From positions 7,952 to 71,951 of the forward strand of contig CAWASY010000056.1 in NCBI GenBank assembly GCA_963784505.1: a stretch of 64,000 bases of DNA, in the 5' to 3' direction. The notes below the pieces were generated by a model. The model worked only from the letters and a program-made list of their open reading frames with translations, made no database searches and was not told where the DNA came from. The first letter of the stretch is position 1. Each line of letters starts with the position of its first letter. The position numbers and the translations under genes are program-made. Shown here in pieces: positions 1-10,592 of this stretch. The DNA is from an uncultured beta proteobacterium (GTDB taxonomy: Bacteria > Pseudomonadota > Gammaproteobacteria > Burkholderiales > Gallionellaceae).

Positions 1-240
1 ATCGGCGTAGTGCCCAGTGCGGCAGTGCGTGCCTTTCCATCTGCGGTGCGTTTTTCTGGATTGTCATTTTCCTATAATGTCGCCTATGCCGTGTTCGGTG
101 GACTTACGCCGGTGATGGTGAGCCTTTTGTTGCCGATTGACCCGCTGGCTCCAGCCCATTACGTACTGGGCTTGAGTGGTGTTGGGGTTCTGATCGGGCT
201 GTTTTTATGGCGTAGTGAGGAGCATGCCTTGATGAACTGA
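1..240 (+). CDS. MFS transporter (MHS/ProP-like), 3' end only
   Basis: Open frame from base 1; FPSAVRFSGLSFSYNVAYAVFGGLTP motif typical of MHS family C-terminal helices. Confidence 0.8.
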   Translation: MGVVPSAAVRAFPSAVRFSGLSFSYNVAYAVFGGLTPVMVSLLLPIDPLAPAHYVLGLSGVGVLIGLFLWRSEEHALMN

Positions 241-581
241 TGGGGGTGTCGTGCATCATCATAACTTGCCAGCGCATGTCCGTATTCATTGCTTGATTAT
301 CCCTGCGGCAACGGTTCCGACCTGCACCGCCGTGATGCATCCGGCAATCTCGATATATCGCTTGATGACGGGTTCGTCCGCGCAACGAACCCGGTCGTGC
401 AAGGATTTAAGGGCGAGCATCGCCACGACTGATATGGTATGGCTGTGATGATGGCGAGGGGGAATATAACGATTCTGACAGGAATTTTTGGCGATACGTT
501 GGCGCGTGTTTTTATGAGACAATACGCAATTCGAGCGCCTGTGCGCTGTTGGCATGTTGTTACTATAATTTAGGGCGGAAT

Positions 582-1550
582 GTGTTTTTAGATAAATTCA
601 ATCAATTGCTGGCAACTGATATGGCTGCCGTAGATCAGGTAATACGCAAGCGTCTGCATTCGGAAGTGGCGCTGGTCAATCAGGTCGGTGAGTATATAGT
701 GGGTAGCGGTGGGAAAAGGTTGCGCCCGGCACTGGTGGTATTGTCCGCCCATGCTTTTGCCTACCAGGGCGCGCACCATCACGACCTTGCGGCGGTGGTT
801 GAATTCATACACACGGCAACCTTGCTTCATGACGATGTGGTCGATGAATCAGGCTTGCGTCGCGGGCGTGAAACGGCGAATGCGCTGTTCGGCAATGCGG
901 CCAGTGTGCTGGTTGGCGATTTTCTGTATTCGCGAGCCTTTCAGATGATGGTCGAAGTAGGACAGATGCGCGTGATGCAGACGCTGGCCGATGCGACCAA
1001 CGTGATCGCCGAGGGTGAAGTATTGCAATTGCTCAATTGCAACGACGCGGACGTCGATGCTGACAACTATATGCGCGTGATTCATTACAAGACGGCAAAG
1101 TTATTCGAGGCTGCGATGCGCCTGGGAGCGATACTGGCTGGCGCATCCGATGCAGACGAAGCGGCTGCCGCAAAATACGGCATGCATCTGGGCACCGCTT
1201 TCCAGTTGATCGATGATGTGCTCGACTATTCTGCCAACGAGGCTGAAACGGGTAAACATCTGGGCGATGATCTGGCCGAAGGAAAACCGACGCTGCCATT
1301 AATTTATGCCATGCAGCACGGCACGCCCGAACAATCCTCCATAGTGCGCCGTGCAATTGAGCAGGGTGATGTGGGCTGCTTTGCCGAGGTACTGAAAATT
1401 ATCCACGACACCGGCGCACTTGATTTTACCAGGCGACAGGCGTTGCATGAAGCGGAGTTGGCCTGTGCTGCCATTGACTGTTTGCCTGATTCAGGCTACA
1501 GGTCCTGTTTACTGGAATTGGCGCACTTCGCTGCTGCGCGGCAATACTGA
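582..1550 (+). CDS. ispB: Octaprenyl-diphosphate synthase
   Basis: GGKRLRP, LLHDDVVD and FQLIDDVLD motifs; GTG at 582 chosen as start. Confidence 0.92.
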   Translation: MFLDKFNQLLATDMAAVDQVIRKRLHSEVALVNQVGEYIVGSGGKRLRPALVVLSAHAFAYQGAHHHDLAAVVEFIHTATLLHDDVVDESGLRRGRETANALFGNAASVLVGDFLYSRAFQMMVEVGQMRVMQTLADATNVIAEGEVLQLLNCNDADVDADNYMRVIHYKTAKLFEAAMRLGAILAGASDADEAAAAKYGMHLGTAFQLIDDVLDYSANEAETGKHLGDDLAEGKPTLPLIYAMQHGTPEQSSIVRRAIEQGDVGCFAEVLKIIHDTGALDFTRRQALHEAELACAAIDCLPDSGYRSCLLELAHFAAARQY

Positions 1551-1630
1551 TTCATTCTGAATTTCCCTGATGTCTTTCGGGTAATATGGCGTGATACTCA
1601 AACAGGACTATAGAAACGGAGTTATTGTTC

Positions 1631-1843
1631 ATGAGTCGTTTATTGTTTCTGTTTGCCATCATTGCAGTCGTTTATTTGCTGCTCAAGTCCTATCGCAAAC
1701 AGCCACCGGACGTGGTGCAACAGCTCGCCGAGGATATGGTGCGTTGCGAGCACTGTGGGCTGCATCTGCCTGCCAATGAAAGTTTTCGTGAGGGCGAATT
1801 GCGGTTTTGCAGTTCCGCACATCGCGATGCGTACCTGAAATAG
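1631..1843 (+). CDS. PP0621-family small membrane protein
   Basis: N-terminal hydrophobic helix, then EDMVRCEHCGLHLP...FCSSAH; usual neighbour of pilS. Confidence 0.8.
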   Translation: MSRLLFLFAIIAVVYLLLKSYRKQPPDVVQQLAEDMVRCEHCGLHLPANESFREGELRFCSSAHRDAYLK

Positions 1844-1855
1844 GTTGCACGCAAG

Positions 1856-3484
1856 ATGAGCGTGCAATCCGATATTGAAGATGCCACACCGGCCGATTTC
1901 TGGCGATCACTGTATTATTTCAATCTCTATCGCCTGACACTGGCAGGCTTCATTCTTTTTATTGCACTGGTCTTCGATGCCGAATCGATGTTCGGCACGG
2001 TCAAGGGGCAGCTGTTTCTGATGACAGGTGGCTTGTATGCCGCTGCTGTCCTGCTGTCGTTTTTTTCGCTGGGGTTGCGTTGGGTGTCTTTTGCAGGGCA
2101 GTTGGCGATTCAGGTATGTACCGATGTAGTGGCACTGACCGTGCTGGCCCATGCCAGTGGCGGTATTCAAAGCAGCGTCGGCTTGTTGTTGATGGTGTCG
2201 CTGGCGGTGGCGGGGATTGTTAGTCGTGGCAAAATTACGCTGTTTTTTTCCGCACTGGCCAGCCTTGCTGCGCTGCTGGAGCATAGTTTGGCGGTGTTAT
2301 ATTACGATGCGCCAGTAACGCAATATATTCAGGTGGGTTTGCTGTGCGTGTCCTATTTTGCGGTGGCAGGATTGGCTCATCATCTGGCCCGGTATGCGCT
2401 GGCAAGCCAAAAACTGGCGCAGCGTCGTGGTCGCGATCTGATAGGGATGGCAGAAGCTAATCGTCTGGTCATGCGCGATATGCAGGATGGTGTACTGGTA
2501 GTTGATGAACATGATGCGATTGTTCAGATGAACCCCAGTGCGGCCCATTTGCTGCACAATACGGAAGCTGCCGGAAGTCCGCTTGCACAGTGTTTTCCGT
2601 TGTTGCATGCCCAGTATGAGCGATGGAAAAATCACGAGATGAGCGGTCGTAATACCTTGCTACTTGATGGGGGGTTACAGGCGCGCTTGCGTTTTGTCGG
2701 TGTGCAGCGCGAGACAGCGCAGGGTGCCGTGATTTTTCTGGAAGATATGCAGCATGTGCAGGCAGAAGCGCGGCAAATCAAGCTGGCAGCGCTCGGACGA
2801 TTGACTGCGAATCTGGCTCATGAGGTCAGAAATCCCTTGTCGGCCATCAGTTATGCGACTGAATTATTGCAAGAAGAGAGCGGCGATATTCAGCAGGTGC
2901 GATTGCTGCAACTGATCCGGGAAAATACCGGGCGTATCAATCGGATTGTCGAGGATGTTATGCAACTTAACCGGCGTGATCGCGCCCGTCCCGAGACATT
3001 TGATCTGTCTGCGTTGTTGCCCGTATTGGTCGAGGAGTTTGTGCAGGCCGAACGGGTCGAATCCGGCGTGTTGAGTTTATCTTCTGATCCCGAGTTGCTG
3101 ATTACTTTCGACAAGGGACACCTGCGTCAGGTATTGTGGAATTTGTGGCGCAATGCCTTGCATTACGGACAGCATCTGTCCGGCAGTCTGGCGGTGCAGA
3201 CAGGGGTGACGCGGGATCGCGTGATACTGGATGTGCAGGATGATGGCCCTGGCATTTCAGTGGAAAATCGTTCCAGATTATTCGAGCCTTTTTTTACCAC
3301 GGCAGAGCAGGGTACGGGGTTGGGTTTGTACATTGCGCGGGAATTGTGTGAGGCCAACGGTGCCTGGCTGGAATACCACAATACGGAAAGCGGCGGGGGC
3401 GAAGGTAAGTCGGGTGCCTGCTTCCGCATCACATTCGGGGAGCGGCGATTGGGGAAGCGGCCAGTATATGAAGATTATGTCTGA
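1856..3484 (+). CDS. pilS: Type IV pilus sensor histidine kinase
   Basis: Six TM helices, PAS-like region, H-box LAHEVRNPL, G-boxes DDGPG and GTGLGL; next to pilR. Confidence 0.88.
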   Translation: MSVQSDIEDATPADFWRSLYYFNLYRLTLAGFILFIALVFDAESMFGTVKGQLFLMTGGLYAAAVLLSFFSLGLRWVSFAGQLAIQVCTDVVALTVLAHASGGIQSSVGLLLMVSLAVAGIVSRGKITLFFSALASLAALLEHSLAVLYYDAPVTQYIQVGLLCVSYFAVAGLAHHLARYALASQKLAQRRGRDLIGMAEANRLVMRDMQDGVLVVDEHDAIVQMNPSAAHLLHNTEAAGSPLAQCFPLLHAQYERWKNHEMSGRNTLLLDGGLQARLRFVGVQRETAQGAVIFLEDMQHVQAEARQIKLAALGRLTANLAHEVRNPLSAISYATELLQEESGDIQQVRLLQLIRENTGRINRIVEDVMQLNRRDRARPETFDLSALLPVLVEEFVQAERVESGVLSLSSDPELLITFDKGHLRQVLWNLWRNALHYGQHLSGSLAVQTGVTRDRVILDVQDDGPGISVENRSRLFEPFFTTAEQGTGLGLYIARELCEANGAWLEYHNTESGGGEGKSGACFRITFGERRLGKRPVYEDYV

Positions 3485-4856
3485 TAAATCAAAAAATAGT
3501 ATGCAAGCCGATAAGCGGAGTAATCGTGTGTTGCTGGTGGATGATGAGCCGGATATCCTGGAGTTGCTGGAGATGACGCTGCTTAAAATGGGCCTGCAGG
3601 TGGACAAGGCGTCCAGTGTGCGTGAGGCGTTGGAAAAACTTGCCGATGGAGATTATGATTTATGTCTGACCGATATGCGCATGCCGGATGGGGATGGTCT
3701 GGAGGTGGTGAAGTACATTACCCGGCGTAATCTGGATGTGCCCGTCGCGGTGATCACCGCGCATGGCAATATGGAAAATGCCGTCGCCGTATTGAAGGCA
3801 GGGGCTTTCGATTATCTGTCCAAACCACTTTCGCTGGAGCAACTGCGCACGCTGGTCAAGTCCGCATTGAGTCTGCCGCAGCCAGGTCCGGCAAGGGATC
3901 GATTGTTGCTGGGCAATGCCCCTGCGATGCAGCGCGTGCGTGATCTGATTGAAAAGGTGGCGCGTAGCCAGGCGCCGGTGCATATCAGTGGTGAGTCAGG
4001 CAGTGGCAAAGAGTTGGCAGCAAGGCTGATTGTGCAAAGCGGTGCACGCTGCGATGGGCCGGTGATCTCGGTTAATTGCGGTGCGATTCCGGAAAATCTG
4101 ATGGAAAGCGAGTTTTTTGGCTACAAGAAAGGCGCTTTTACCGGCGCTGACAAGGATCGGGATGGGTTTTTTCAGGCCGCCAACGAAGGAACGCTGTTTC
4201 TCGATGAGGTGGCTGATTTGCCTTTGCACATGCAGGTTAAATTGCTACGGGTAATCCAGGAAAAAAAAGTGCGCAAGGTGGGTGCCACCAGTGAGGAGGC
4301 GGTGGATGTGCGCATTATCAGCGCAACCCATAACGATCTGGCGGAGCGGGTAAGAGTCGGGCAATTTCGTCAGGATCTGTATTATCGGCTGAATGTGATA
4401 CCCATACAGATGCCGCCCTTGCGTGAATTGCGGGAGGATATTGCGCAAATTGCCCGGCAGACATTAAGCAGGTTGCGCGGTGATACGACTGCAAATTTTT
4501 CAGAAGGCGCGCTTCGTGCGTTGCAGGCCTATAATTTTCCAGGAAATGTTCGCGAACTTGAAAATGTTATCGAGCGTGCTCTGGCGCTGTGTTCGGATGG
4601 ATTGATCACGGAATCGGATTTGCATCTGGAGCCTGTCAGGCGTAATGCAGCTGAAGTGGGCGAGGTCAGCGATAAATATCCGCTGCCCGATTATCTGGAC
4701 AAGGTTGAGAAGGAGGCGTTGCTTGAGGCCTTGCAACAGACAAGCTTTAACCGGACAGCGGCGGCCAAGCTGCTGGGGCTGACCTTTCGTACCATGCGTT
4801 ATCGCATGGACAGGCTGGGGATTAAGAGTCCGGCAGGGAGCGACGATGCGGATTGA
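3477..4856 (+). CDS. pilR: Sigma-54-dependent response regulator
   Basis: Receiver domain, GESGSGKE Walker A, GAFTGA, C-terminal Fis-type HTH. Confidence 0.88.
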   Translation: MSDKSKNSMQADKRSNRVLLVDDEPDILELLEMTLLKMGLQVDKASSVREALEKLADGDYDLCLTDMRMPDGDGLEVVKYITRRNLDVPVAVITAHGNMENAVAVLKAGAFDYLSKPLSLEQLRTLVKSALSLPQPGPARDRLLLGNAPAMQRVRDLIEKVARSQAPVHISGESGSGKELAARLIVQSGARCDGPVISVNCGAIPENLMESEFFGYKKGAFTGADKDRDGFFQAANEGTLFLDEVADLPLHMQVKLLRVIQEKKVRKVGATSEEAVDVRIISATHNDLAERVRVGQFRQDLYYRLNVIPIQMPPLRELREDIAQIARQTLSRLRGDTTANFSEGALRALQAYNFPGNVRELENVIERALALCSDGLITESDLHLEPVRRNAAEVGEVSDKYPLPDYLDKVEKEALLEALQQTSFNRTAAAKLLGLTFRTMRYRMDRLGIKSPAGSDDAD

Positions 4857-5388
4857 TGACGATGGTTGGTTGGCGGGCTGCGGACATCTTCCTTCGCCCA
4901 ATTTCGACGTGCGTGAAGCGGACAGTATCGATTTGCTGGTGATCCACAATATCAGCCTGCCGCCGGGCGAATTCGGCGGGGATGGCGTGCCGCGCCTGTT
5001 CACCAATACGCTGGACCGCAGCGCTCATCCGTATTACCGGACGATCCCCGAGGGGCGGGTGTCCTCGCATTTTTTTATACGCCGCGACGGGCAGCTGATC
5101 CAGTTCGTGTCGGTTTTACAGCGCGCTTGGCATGCCGGGGTATCCACCTGGCAGCATCGATCACGCTGCAATGATTTTTCCATCGGCATCGAACTCGAAG
5201 GCAGCGATTTCGTGCCTTTTACGACTGAACAGTATGACACTTTGAACAAATTGACTCATGTTTTACGCGCAAGATTTCCGATGCGGGGTATTGCGGGTCA
5301 CAGCGATATTGCGCCTGGTCGCAAGACCGACCCAGGTCCTTGTTTTGATTGGCTTCGCTATTTAAGCAATTTATCTGCTTGCCAATAA
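4846..5388 (+). CDS. ampD: 1,6-anhydro-N-acetylmuramyl-L-alanine amidase
   Basis: SPNFD, VIHNISLPPGEFGG, AWHAGVS, GHSDIAPGRKTDPGP. Confidence 0.95.
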   Translation: MRIDDDGWLAGCGHLPSPNFDVREADSIDLLVIHNISLPPGEFGGDGVPRLFTNTLDRSAHPYYRTIPEGRVSSHFFIRRDGQLIQFVSVLQRAWHAGVSTWQHRSRCNDFSIGIELEGSDFVPFTTEQYDTLNKLTHVLRARFPMRGIAGHSDIAPGRKTDPGPCFDWLRYLSNLSACQ

Positions 5389-5454
5389 GTCCGTTTCTAA
5401 AATTCAGATAGTGGATTTTCCCTGTTATTTTTTTACTTGCAAAAAAAATTCAAG

Positions 5455-5501
5455 ACACTACAATTAGCGTCATCCGCTAATAATAATACTAGATATAGTG
5501 G
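5455..5501 (+). promoter_or_regulatory. Tandem NrdR boxes
   Basis: ACACTACAATTAGCGT (5455-5470) and ATACTAGATATAGTGG (5486-5501), 31 bp apart, resembling acaCwAtATaTwGtgt, directly upstream of nrdA. Confidence 0.75.
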
Positions 5502-5535
5502 TTTTAAGAATTTTCAGACGAGTCAATAAAAGGAC

Positions 5536-8373
5536 ATGCCCATGCCAAACGCAGCTAGTAATAGCGCTTCAACTTCCAGTGTGCTAACCGATGCAGCTTC
5601 CCAGTACGATAAATACAGGGTCGTTCGACGCAATGGTTCGGTGGTGTTATTCGAACCTGCCAAAATTTCTGTTGCGCTGACCAAGGCATTTATCGCGGTA
5701 AGCGGTGGGCAGGGCGCAGCATCTGCGCGGGTGCGTGAAATGGTTGAGCAACTCACTAGCGGGGTTGTTGCGGCGCTGATGCGCCGTCAGCCGCATGGCG
5801 GCACGTTGCATATCGAGGATATACAGGATCAGGTCGAACTGGGTCTGATGCGTTCGGGCGAACATGATGTGGCGCGCGCTTATGTGCTGTATCGCGAAGA
5901 GCACGCGCGCTCGCGCGCTCAGAGCGGCGCTCATGAACAGGTTGCGGTCATCAATGTCACCGGCAGCGATGGTGCCGTGCATCCGCTGGATTTGGACAGG
6001 CTTACCGCGCTGGTGGAATCGGCCTGCGAGGGTCTGGGTGATGTGGTCAACGCCGAGTTGGTGATACAAAGTGCGCTGAAGGATATGTATGACGGTGTGC
6101 CTCAGCATGAAGTGCACAAATGCCTGATACTATCGGCACGCGCACTGATCGAAATGGAGCCAGCCTACAATTTTGTGACAGCGCGGCTATTGCTGAACAA
6201 TATTTGCAGCGAAGTATTGGGTGAAGATGTGGTTCCCGCTGAGATGTCTACGCGCTATGCGGAGTATTTTCCAAAATTCATCAAGCGCGGCATTGAGGCC
6301 GAGTTGCTTGATGAGCGTTTGGGTGAGTTCGATCTGCCGCGTTTGGCTGCAGAGCTCGATTACTCGCGCGACCTGAAATTCGGTTATTTGGGTCTGCAAA
6401 CGTTGTATGACCGTTACTTCCTGCATATCAGGGGTACGCGCATCGAAGCGCCGCAGGTGTTCTTCATGCGTGTGGCGATGGGATTGGCATTAAGTGAAAT
6501 CGACCGTGAGACGCGCGCGATCGAATTTTATCGCCTGCTGTCCAGTTTTGATTTCATGTGTTCCACACCGACCCTGTTCAATTCGGGTTCGCGTCGCTCG
6601 CAGTTGTCATCCTGTTATCTGACCACGGTGGATGACAATCTGGAAGGTATCTACGACGCGATCAAGGAAAACGCGCTACTGGCCAAGTTTGCTGGCGGTT
6701 TGGGTAACGACTGGACACCGGTGCGCGCCCTCGGTGCGCATATCAAGGGCACCAATGGCGAATCGCAGGGCGTGGTGCCGTTCTTGAAGGTGGTGAATGA
6801 CACGGCGGTTGCGGTCAATCAGGGTGGCAAGCGTAAGGGTGCGGTGTGCGCCTATCTGGAAACCTGGCATCTGGATATTGAAGAATTTCTCGATCTTCGC
6901 AAGAATACCGGCGATGATAGACGCCGCACGCATGACATGAATACCTCCAACTGGATACCGGATCTGTTCATGAAGCGTGTCATGGAAGGCGGTAACTGGA
7001 CGCTGTTTTCGCCGTCGGATGTGAGTGATTTGCATGATCTGTTCGGCAATGATTTCGAGATTGCCTATACCGCTTATGAAGTCCGCGCGGCGAGTGGACA
7101 GATCAGTTTGTTCAAGACGATTCCGGCAGCCGGACTGTGGCGCAAGATGCTGACCATGTTGTTCGAAACCGGACATCCCTGGATTACTTTCAAGGACCCT
7201 TGCAATATCCGTTCGCCGCAGCAGCATGTGGGGGTGGTGCATAGTTCCAATTTGTGTACCGAAATTACCTTGAACACCAATGCAGATGAAATTGCCGTGT
7301 GTAATCTGGGTTCGGTCAATTTGCCCGCGCATCTGTATCCTGTAGGGCACGAGTTGGCAGGCGAGTTTGATCACGCCCATCTGCGCCGTACCATCAATAC
7401 CGCGATGCGTATGCTCGACAATGTAATCGACATCAACTATTACGCGGTGGCCAAGGCGCGCAATGCCAATTTGAAGCACCGTCCGGTTGGACTTGGCATC
7501 ATGGGTTTCCAGGATTGTCTACATACCTTGCGGTTGCCTTATTCGTCAAACGAGGCGGTCGAGTTCGCCGACCGTTCCATGGAGGCGGTGTGTTATTACG
7601 CTTATTGGGCATCCACGGAGCTGAGTGAGGAGCGCGGTCGTTATGCGAGCTATCGAGGCAGTTTGTGGGATAAGGGTATTTTGCCGCAGGATACGCTGGA
7701 TTTGCTGCGTGAAGAGCGCGGCGGCTATGTGGAAGTGGATACCTCGGTCAGTATGGACTGGGATGCGCTTCGCGCCCGAATTCGTCAGTACGGCATGCGC
7801 AATTCCAATTGCGTGGCGATTGCACCGACTGCGACTATTTCCAATATTATCGGCGTGTCAGCCTGTATCGAGCCCACCTACCAGAATATTTTCGTAAAAT
7901 CGAATCTGTCCGGCGAATTTACCGTGATCAACGATTATCTGGTCGCTGACCTGAAAAAACTGGGGTTGTGGGACGAAGTGATGATCTCGGATCTGAAGTA
8001 TTTTGATGGATCTTTGGCGAAGATTGACCGCGTACCGGCCGATTTGCGTAGCTTGTATGCCACGGCATTCGAGGTAGAACCGAGTTGGTTGATCGAAGCG
8101 GCTTCGCGTCGCCAGAAGTGGATCGATCAGGCGCAGTCGCTGAATATCTATATGGCGGGTGTATCGGGCCGCAAACTGGATGACACCTATAAACTGGCCT
8201 GGGTGCGTGGTTTGAAGACGACTTATTATCTGCGTACCTTGGGTGCAACGTCAGCCGAGAAATCGACAGGGCGCGCAGGTGCACTAAATGCGGTTGCCGT
8301 CTCGGCGGATGCAGCTCCAGTCGAGTCGCAGTTCTGCTCGATTGACAATCCGGAATGTGAGGCTTGTCAATAA
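5536..8373 (+). CDS. nrdA: Ribonucleoside-diphosphate reductase class I alpha subunit
   Basis: N-terminal ATP cones, TPTLFNSG, SSNLCTEI, C-terminal CEACQ. Confidence 0.96.
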   Translation: MPMPNAASNSASTSSVLTDAASQYDKYRVVRRNGSVVLFEPAKISVALTKAFIAVSGGQGAASARVREMVEQLTSGVVAALMRRQPHGGTLHIEDIQDQVELGLMRSGEHDVARAYVLYREEHARSRAQSGAHEQVAVINVTGSDGAVHPLDLDRLTALVESACEGLGDVVNAELVIQSALKDMYDGVPQHEVHKCLILSARALIEMEPAYNFVTARLLLNNICSEVLGEDVVPAEMSTRYAEYFPKFIKRGIEAELLDERLGEFDLPRLAAELDYSRDLKFGYLGLQTLYDRYFLHIRGTRIEAPQVFFMRVAMGLALSEIDRETRAIEFYRLLSSFDFMCSTPTLFNSGSRRSQLSSCYLTTVDDNLEGIYDAIKENALLAKFAGGLGNDWTPVRALGAHIKGTNGESQGVVPFLKVVNDTAVAVNQGGKRKGAVCAYLETWHLDIEEFLDLRKNTGDDRRRTHDMNTSNWIPDLFMKRVMEGGNWTLFSPSDVSDLHDLFGNDFEIAYTAYEVRAASGQISLFKTIPAAGLWRKMLTMLFETGHPWITFKDPCNIRSPQQHVGVVHSSNLCTEITLNTNADEIAVCNLGSVNLPAHLYPVGHELAGEFDHAHLRRTINTAMRMLDNVIDINYYAVAKARNANLKHRPVGLGIMGFQDCLHTLRLPYSSNEAVEFADRSMEAVCYYAYWASTELSEERGRYASYRGSLWDKGILPQDTLDLLREERGGYVEVDTSVSMDWDALRARIRQYGMRNSNCVAIAPTATISNIIGVSACIEPTYQNIFVKSNLSGEFTVINDYLVADLKKLGLWDEVMISDLKYFDGSLAKIDRVPADLRSLYATAFEVEPSWLIEAASRRQKWIDQAQSLNIYMAGVSGRKLDDTYKLAWVRGLKTTYYLRTLGATSAEKSTGRAGALNAVAVSADAAPVESQFCSIDNPECEACQ

Positions 8374-8455
8374 AAATAGATAGTAGGAAGTGGGGAGTGG
8401 GGCGGGTTCCCACTTTCCATTTTCCATTTTCTACTCCCTACTTTAAGGAAACAAT

Positions 8456-9550
8456 ATGCTGTTATTTGATGAAGAAATTGGAAGCACAAGCAAACCCGTG
8501 AGCAAGCCCCCTGTGGATGCATCCGCACAGACCGCTGGCCGCATCCGTGTGGAAGACAAGCGCATCATCAACTGCAAGGCGGACGTAAACCAGCTGGTAC
8601 CCTTCAAATACAAGTGGGCGTGGGAAAAATACCTGGCCGCCTGTGCGAATCACTGGATGCCGCAGGAAGTGAATATGACGGCGGACATCGCGTTGTGGAA
8701 GAGCGACAAGTTAAGTGATGACGAGCGCCGCCTGATCAAGCGTAATCTGGGATTTTTCACGACTGCCGACAGTCTGGCCGCCAACAACATCGTGCTGGGT
8801 TCGTACCGTCATATCACCAATCCGGAATGCCGCCAGTTCCTGTTGCGTCAGGCCTTTGAGGAGGCAATTCACACCCATGCCTACCAGTACATCGTGGAGA
8901 GCCTGGGGCTGGATGAGGGCGAGATTTTCAACATGTATCACGAAGTGCCCAGCATCCGTAACAAGGATGAATTCCTGTTGCCGTACATCGACGTGCTGAC
9001 TAATCCTGAATTCAAGACAGGTACGCCCGAAACGGATCAGGCCTTGCTGCGCAGCCTGATCGTGTTCGCCTGCATCATGGAGGGCTTGTTCTTTTACGTC
9101 GGTTTCGTGCAGATTCTGGCTTTGGGACGTCAGAACAAGATGACTGGTGCTGCCGAGCAATACCAGTACATTTTGCGCGATGAATCGATGCACCTGAATT
9201 TCGGCGTGGATCTGATCAACCAGATCAAGATGGAAAATCCGCACCTGTGGACGGCGGCATTCAAGGAGGAAGTTCGCGGTTTGATGCAAAAAGGCGTGGA
9301 ACTGGAATACGCCTATGCCGAGGACACCATGCCACGCGGTATTCTGGGGCTCAATGCCACGATGTTCAAGGAATATCTGCGCTTCATCGCCAACCGTCGC
9401 TGTCAGCAAATCGGTGTGGAAATCCTGTATCAGGGCGCCTCCAATCCGTTTCCGTGGATGTCGGAAATGATAGATTTGAAGAAGGAAAAGAATTTCTTCG
9501 AGACGCGTGTGACCGAATACCAGACCGGCGGGTCGCTTAGCTGGGATTGA
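8456..9550 (+). CDS. nrdB: Ribonucleoside-diphosphate reductase beta subunit
   Basis: [29 protein letters not shown]. Confidence 0.96.
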   Translation: MLLFDEEIGSTSKPVSKPPVDASAQTAGRIRVEDKRIINCKADVNQLVPFKYKWAWEKYLAACANHWMPQEVNMTADIALWKSDKLSDDERRLIKRNLGFFTTADSLAANNIVLGSYRHITNPECRQFLLRQAFEEAIHTHAYQYIVESLGLDEGEIFNMYHEVPSIRNKDEFLLPYIDVLTNPEFKTGTPETDQALLRSLIVFACIMEGLFFYVGFVQILALGRQNKMTGAAEQYQYILRDESMHLNFGVDLINQIKMENPHLWTAAFKEEVRGLMQKGVELEYAYAEDTMPRGILGLNATMFKEYLRFIANRRCQQIGVEILYQGASNPFPWMSEMIDLKKEKNFFETRVTEYQTGGSLSWD

Positions 9551-9556
9551 TATGGC

Positions 9557-10591
9557 GTGAATTTAATGATGGCGAATTCGCCACAATTAAATCATACTGA
9601 TCCGCATATAACTGCAGAATCAGCGTCGATGAATATCATACGTTTTTTGCCTAATCAGTCCCTGCGTCTGTGTGCGATTTTACTGCCCTGGTTTTTAGTC
9701 GCCTGCAGCACGTTGCCGCCGATTCAGTACAAGGAGGTGGTTGAACCCAGCGCCGTTTATGTCGCGCCCATCGTCTCTGATCGGCCCATCGTTGCGCTAG
9801 CGCTGGGTAGTGGCGGTGATCGCGGATTTGCACAGATCGGCGTGATCAAGGTTTTGGAGGCCAACCACATCAAGGTGGATATGGTGCTGGGCACGAGCGC
9901 GGGCAGTGTGGTGGGAGCGTTATATGCGGGGGGGTATGACGGTGTTGCGCTCGAAAAACTGGCACTGGATATGGATCGGGATAAACTGAAAGACTTCGTT
10001 TTTTCAAAACGAGGCTATGTCAAAGGCGAGCAGTTACAGGATTTTATCAACCGTGCATTGAATAATCGCTCTATCGAGCAGCTTGAAAAACCCTTTGTGG
10101 CGGTTGCTACACAGCTAGGCAGTGGCCGGACGGTCGCGTTCAATCGCGGCAATACCGGTAAGGCGGTGCGCGCCTCCAGCAGCATTCCCGGTGTGTTTCA
10201 ACCTGTCATGATATCAGGTGAGGAATATGTGGACGGCGATTTGAAAAAGCCGATACCGGTCACACTGGCGCGGGAAATGGGGGCTGACTTCATCATCGCC
10301 GTGGATATTTCCCAGCAAGCCAAAGATCATCCACCGCTGGGCGACATCATCGAAATACTCAAGCAAAGTCTGCGCATCATGCGCCAGTCCATTTTGTCGC
10401 GTGAACTTGAATTTGCGCAAGTGATTATCAGCCCGCAAATTGGCATTACACCCGAGATCGATGCGGCCAGCAAGTTGCATTTGATCAGTCTGGGAGAGGC
10501 GGCTGCAAATAAAGCCATGCCGTTGATACGCGAATGGCTGCAGAAAATTGCCGCCGAAAAATCACTGGAACATGTCGCACCAGAGCCTTGA
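9557..10591 (+). CDS. Patatin-like phospholipase, probable lipoprotein
   Basis: LALGSGG, GTSAG nucleophile elbow, YVDG, LVAC lipobox; start uncertain. Confidence 0.85.
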   Translation: MNLMMANSPQLNHTDPHITAESASMNIIRFLPNQSLRLCAILLPWFLVACSTLPPIQYKEVVEPSAVYVAPIVSDRPIVALALGSGGDRGFAQIGVIKVLEANHIKVDMVLGTSAGSVVGALYAGGYDGVALEKLALDMDRDKLKDFVFSKRGYVKGEQLQDFINRALNNRSIEQLEKPFVAVATQLGSGRTVAFNRGNTGKAVRASSSIPGVFQPVMISGEEYVDGDLKKPIPVTLAREMGADFIIAVDISQQAKDHPPLGDIIEILKQSLRIMRQSILSRELEFAQVIISPQIGITPEIDAASKLHLISLGEAAANKAMPLIREWLQKIAAEKSLEHVAPEP

Positions 10592-10592
10592 T

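Noticed and set aside
241-555. Short ORFs between the MFS gene and ispB
   Set aside because: Overlapping ORFs on both strands with no recognisable motif or clear ribosome binding site.
7336-7365. Possible insert in nrdA (YPVGHELAGE)
   Set aside because: Only a weak stem and no second copy; cannot be told apart from normal loop variation.
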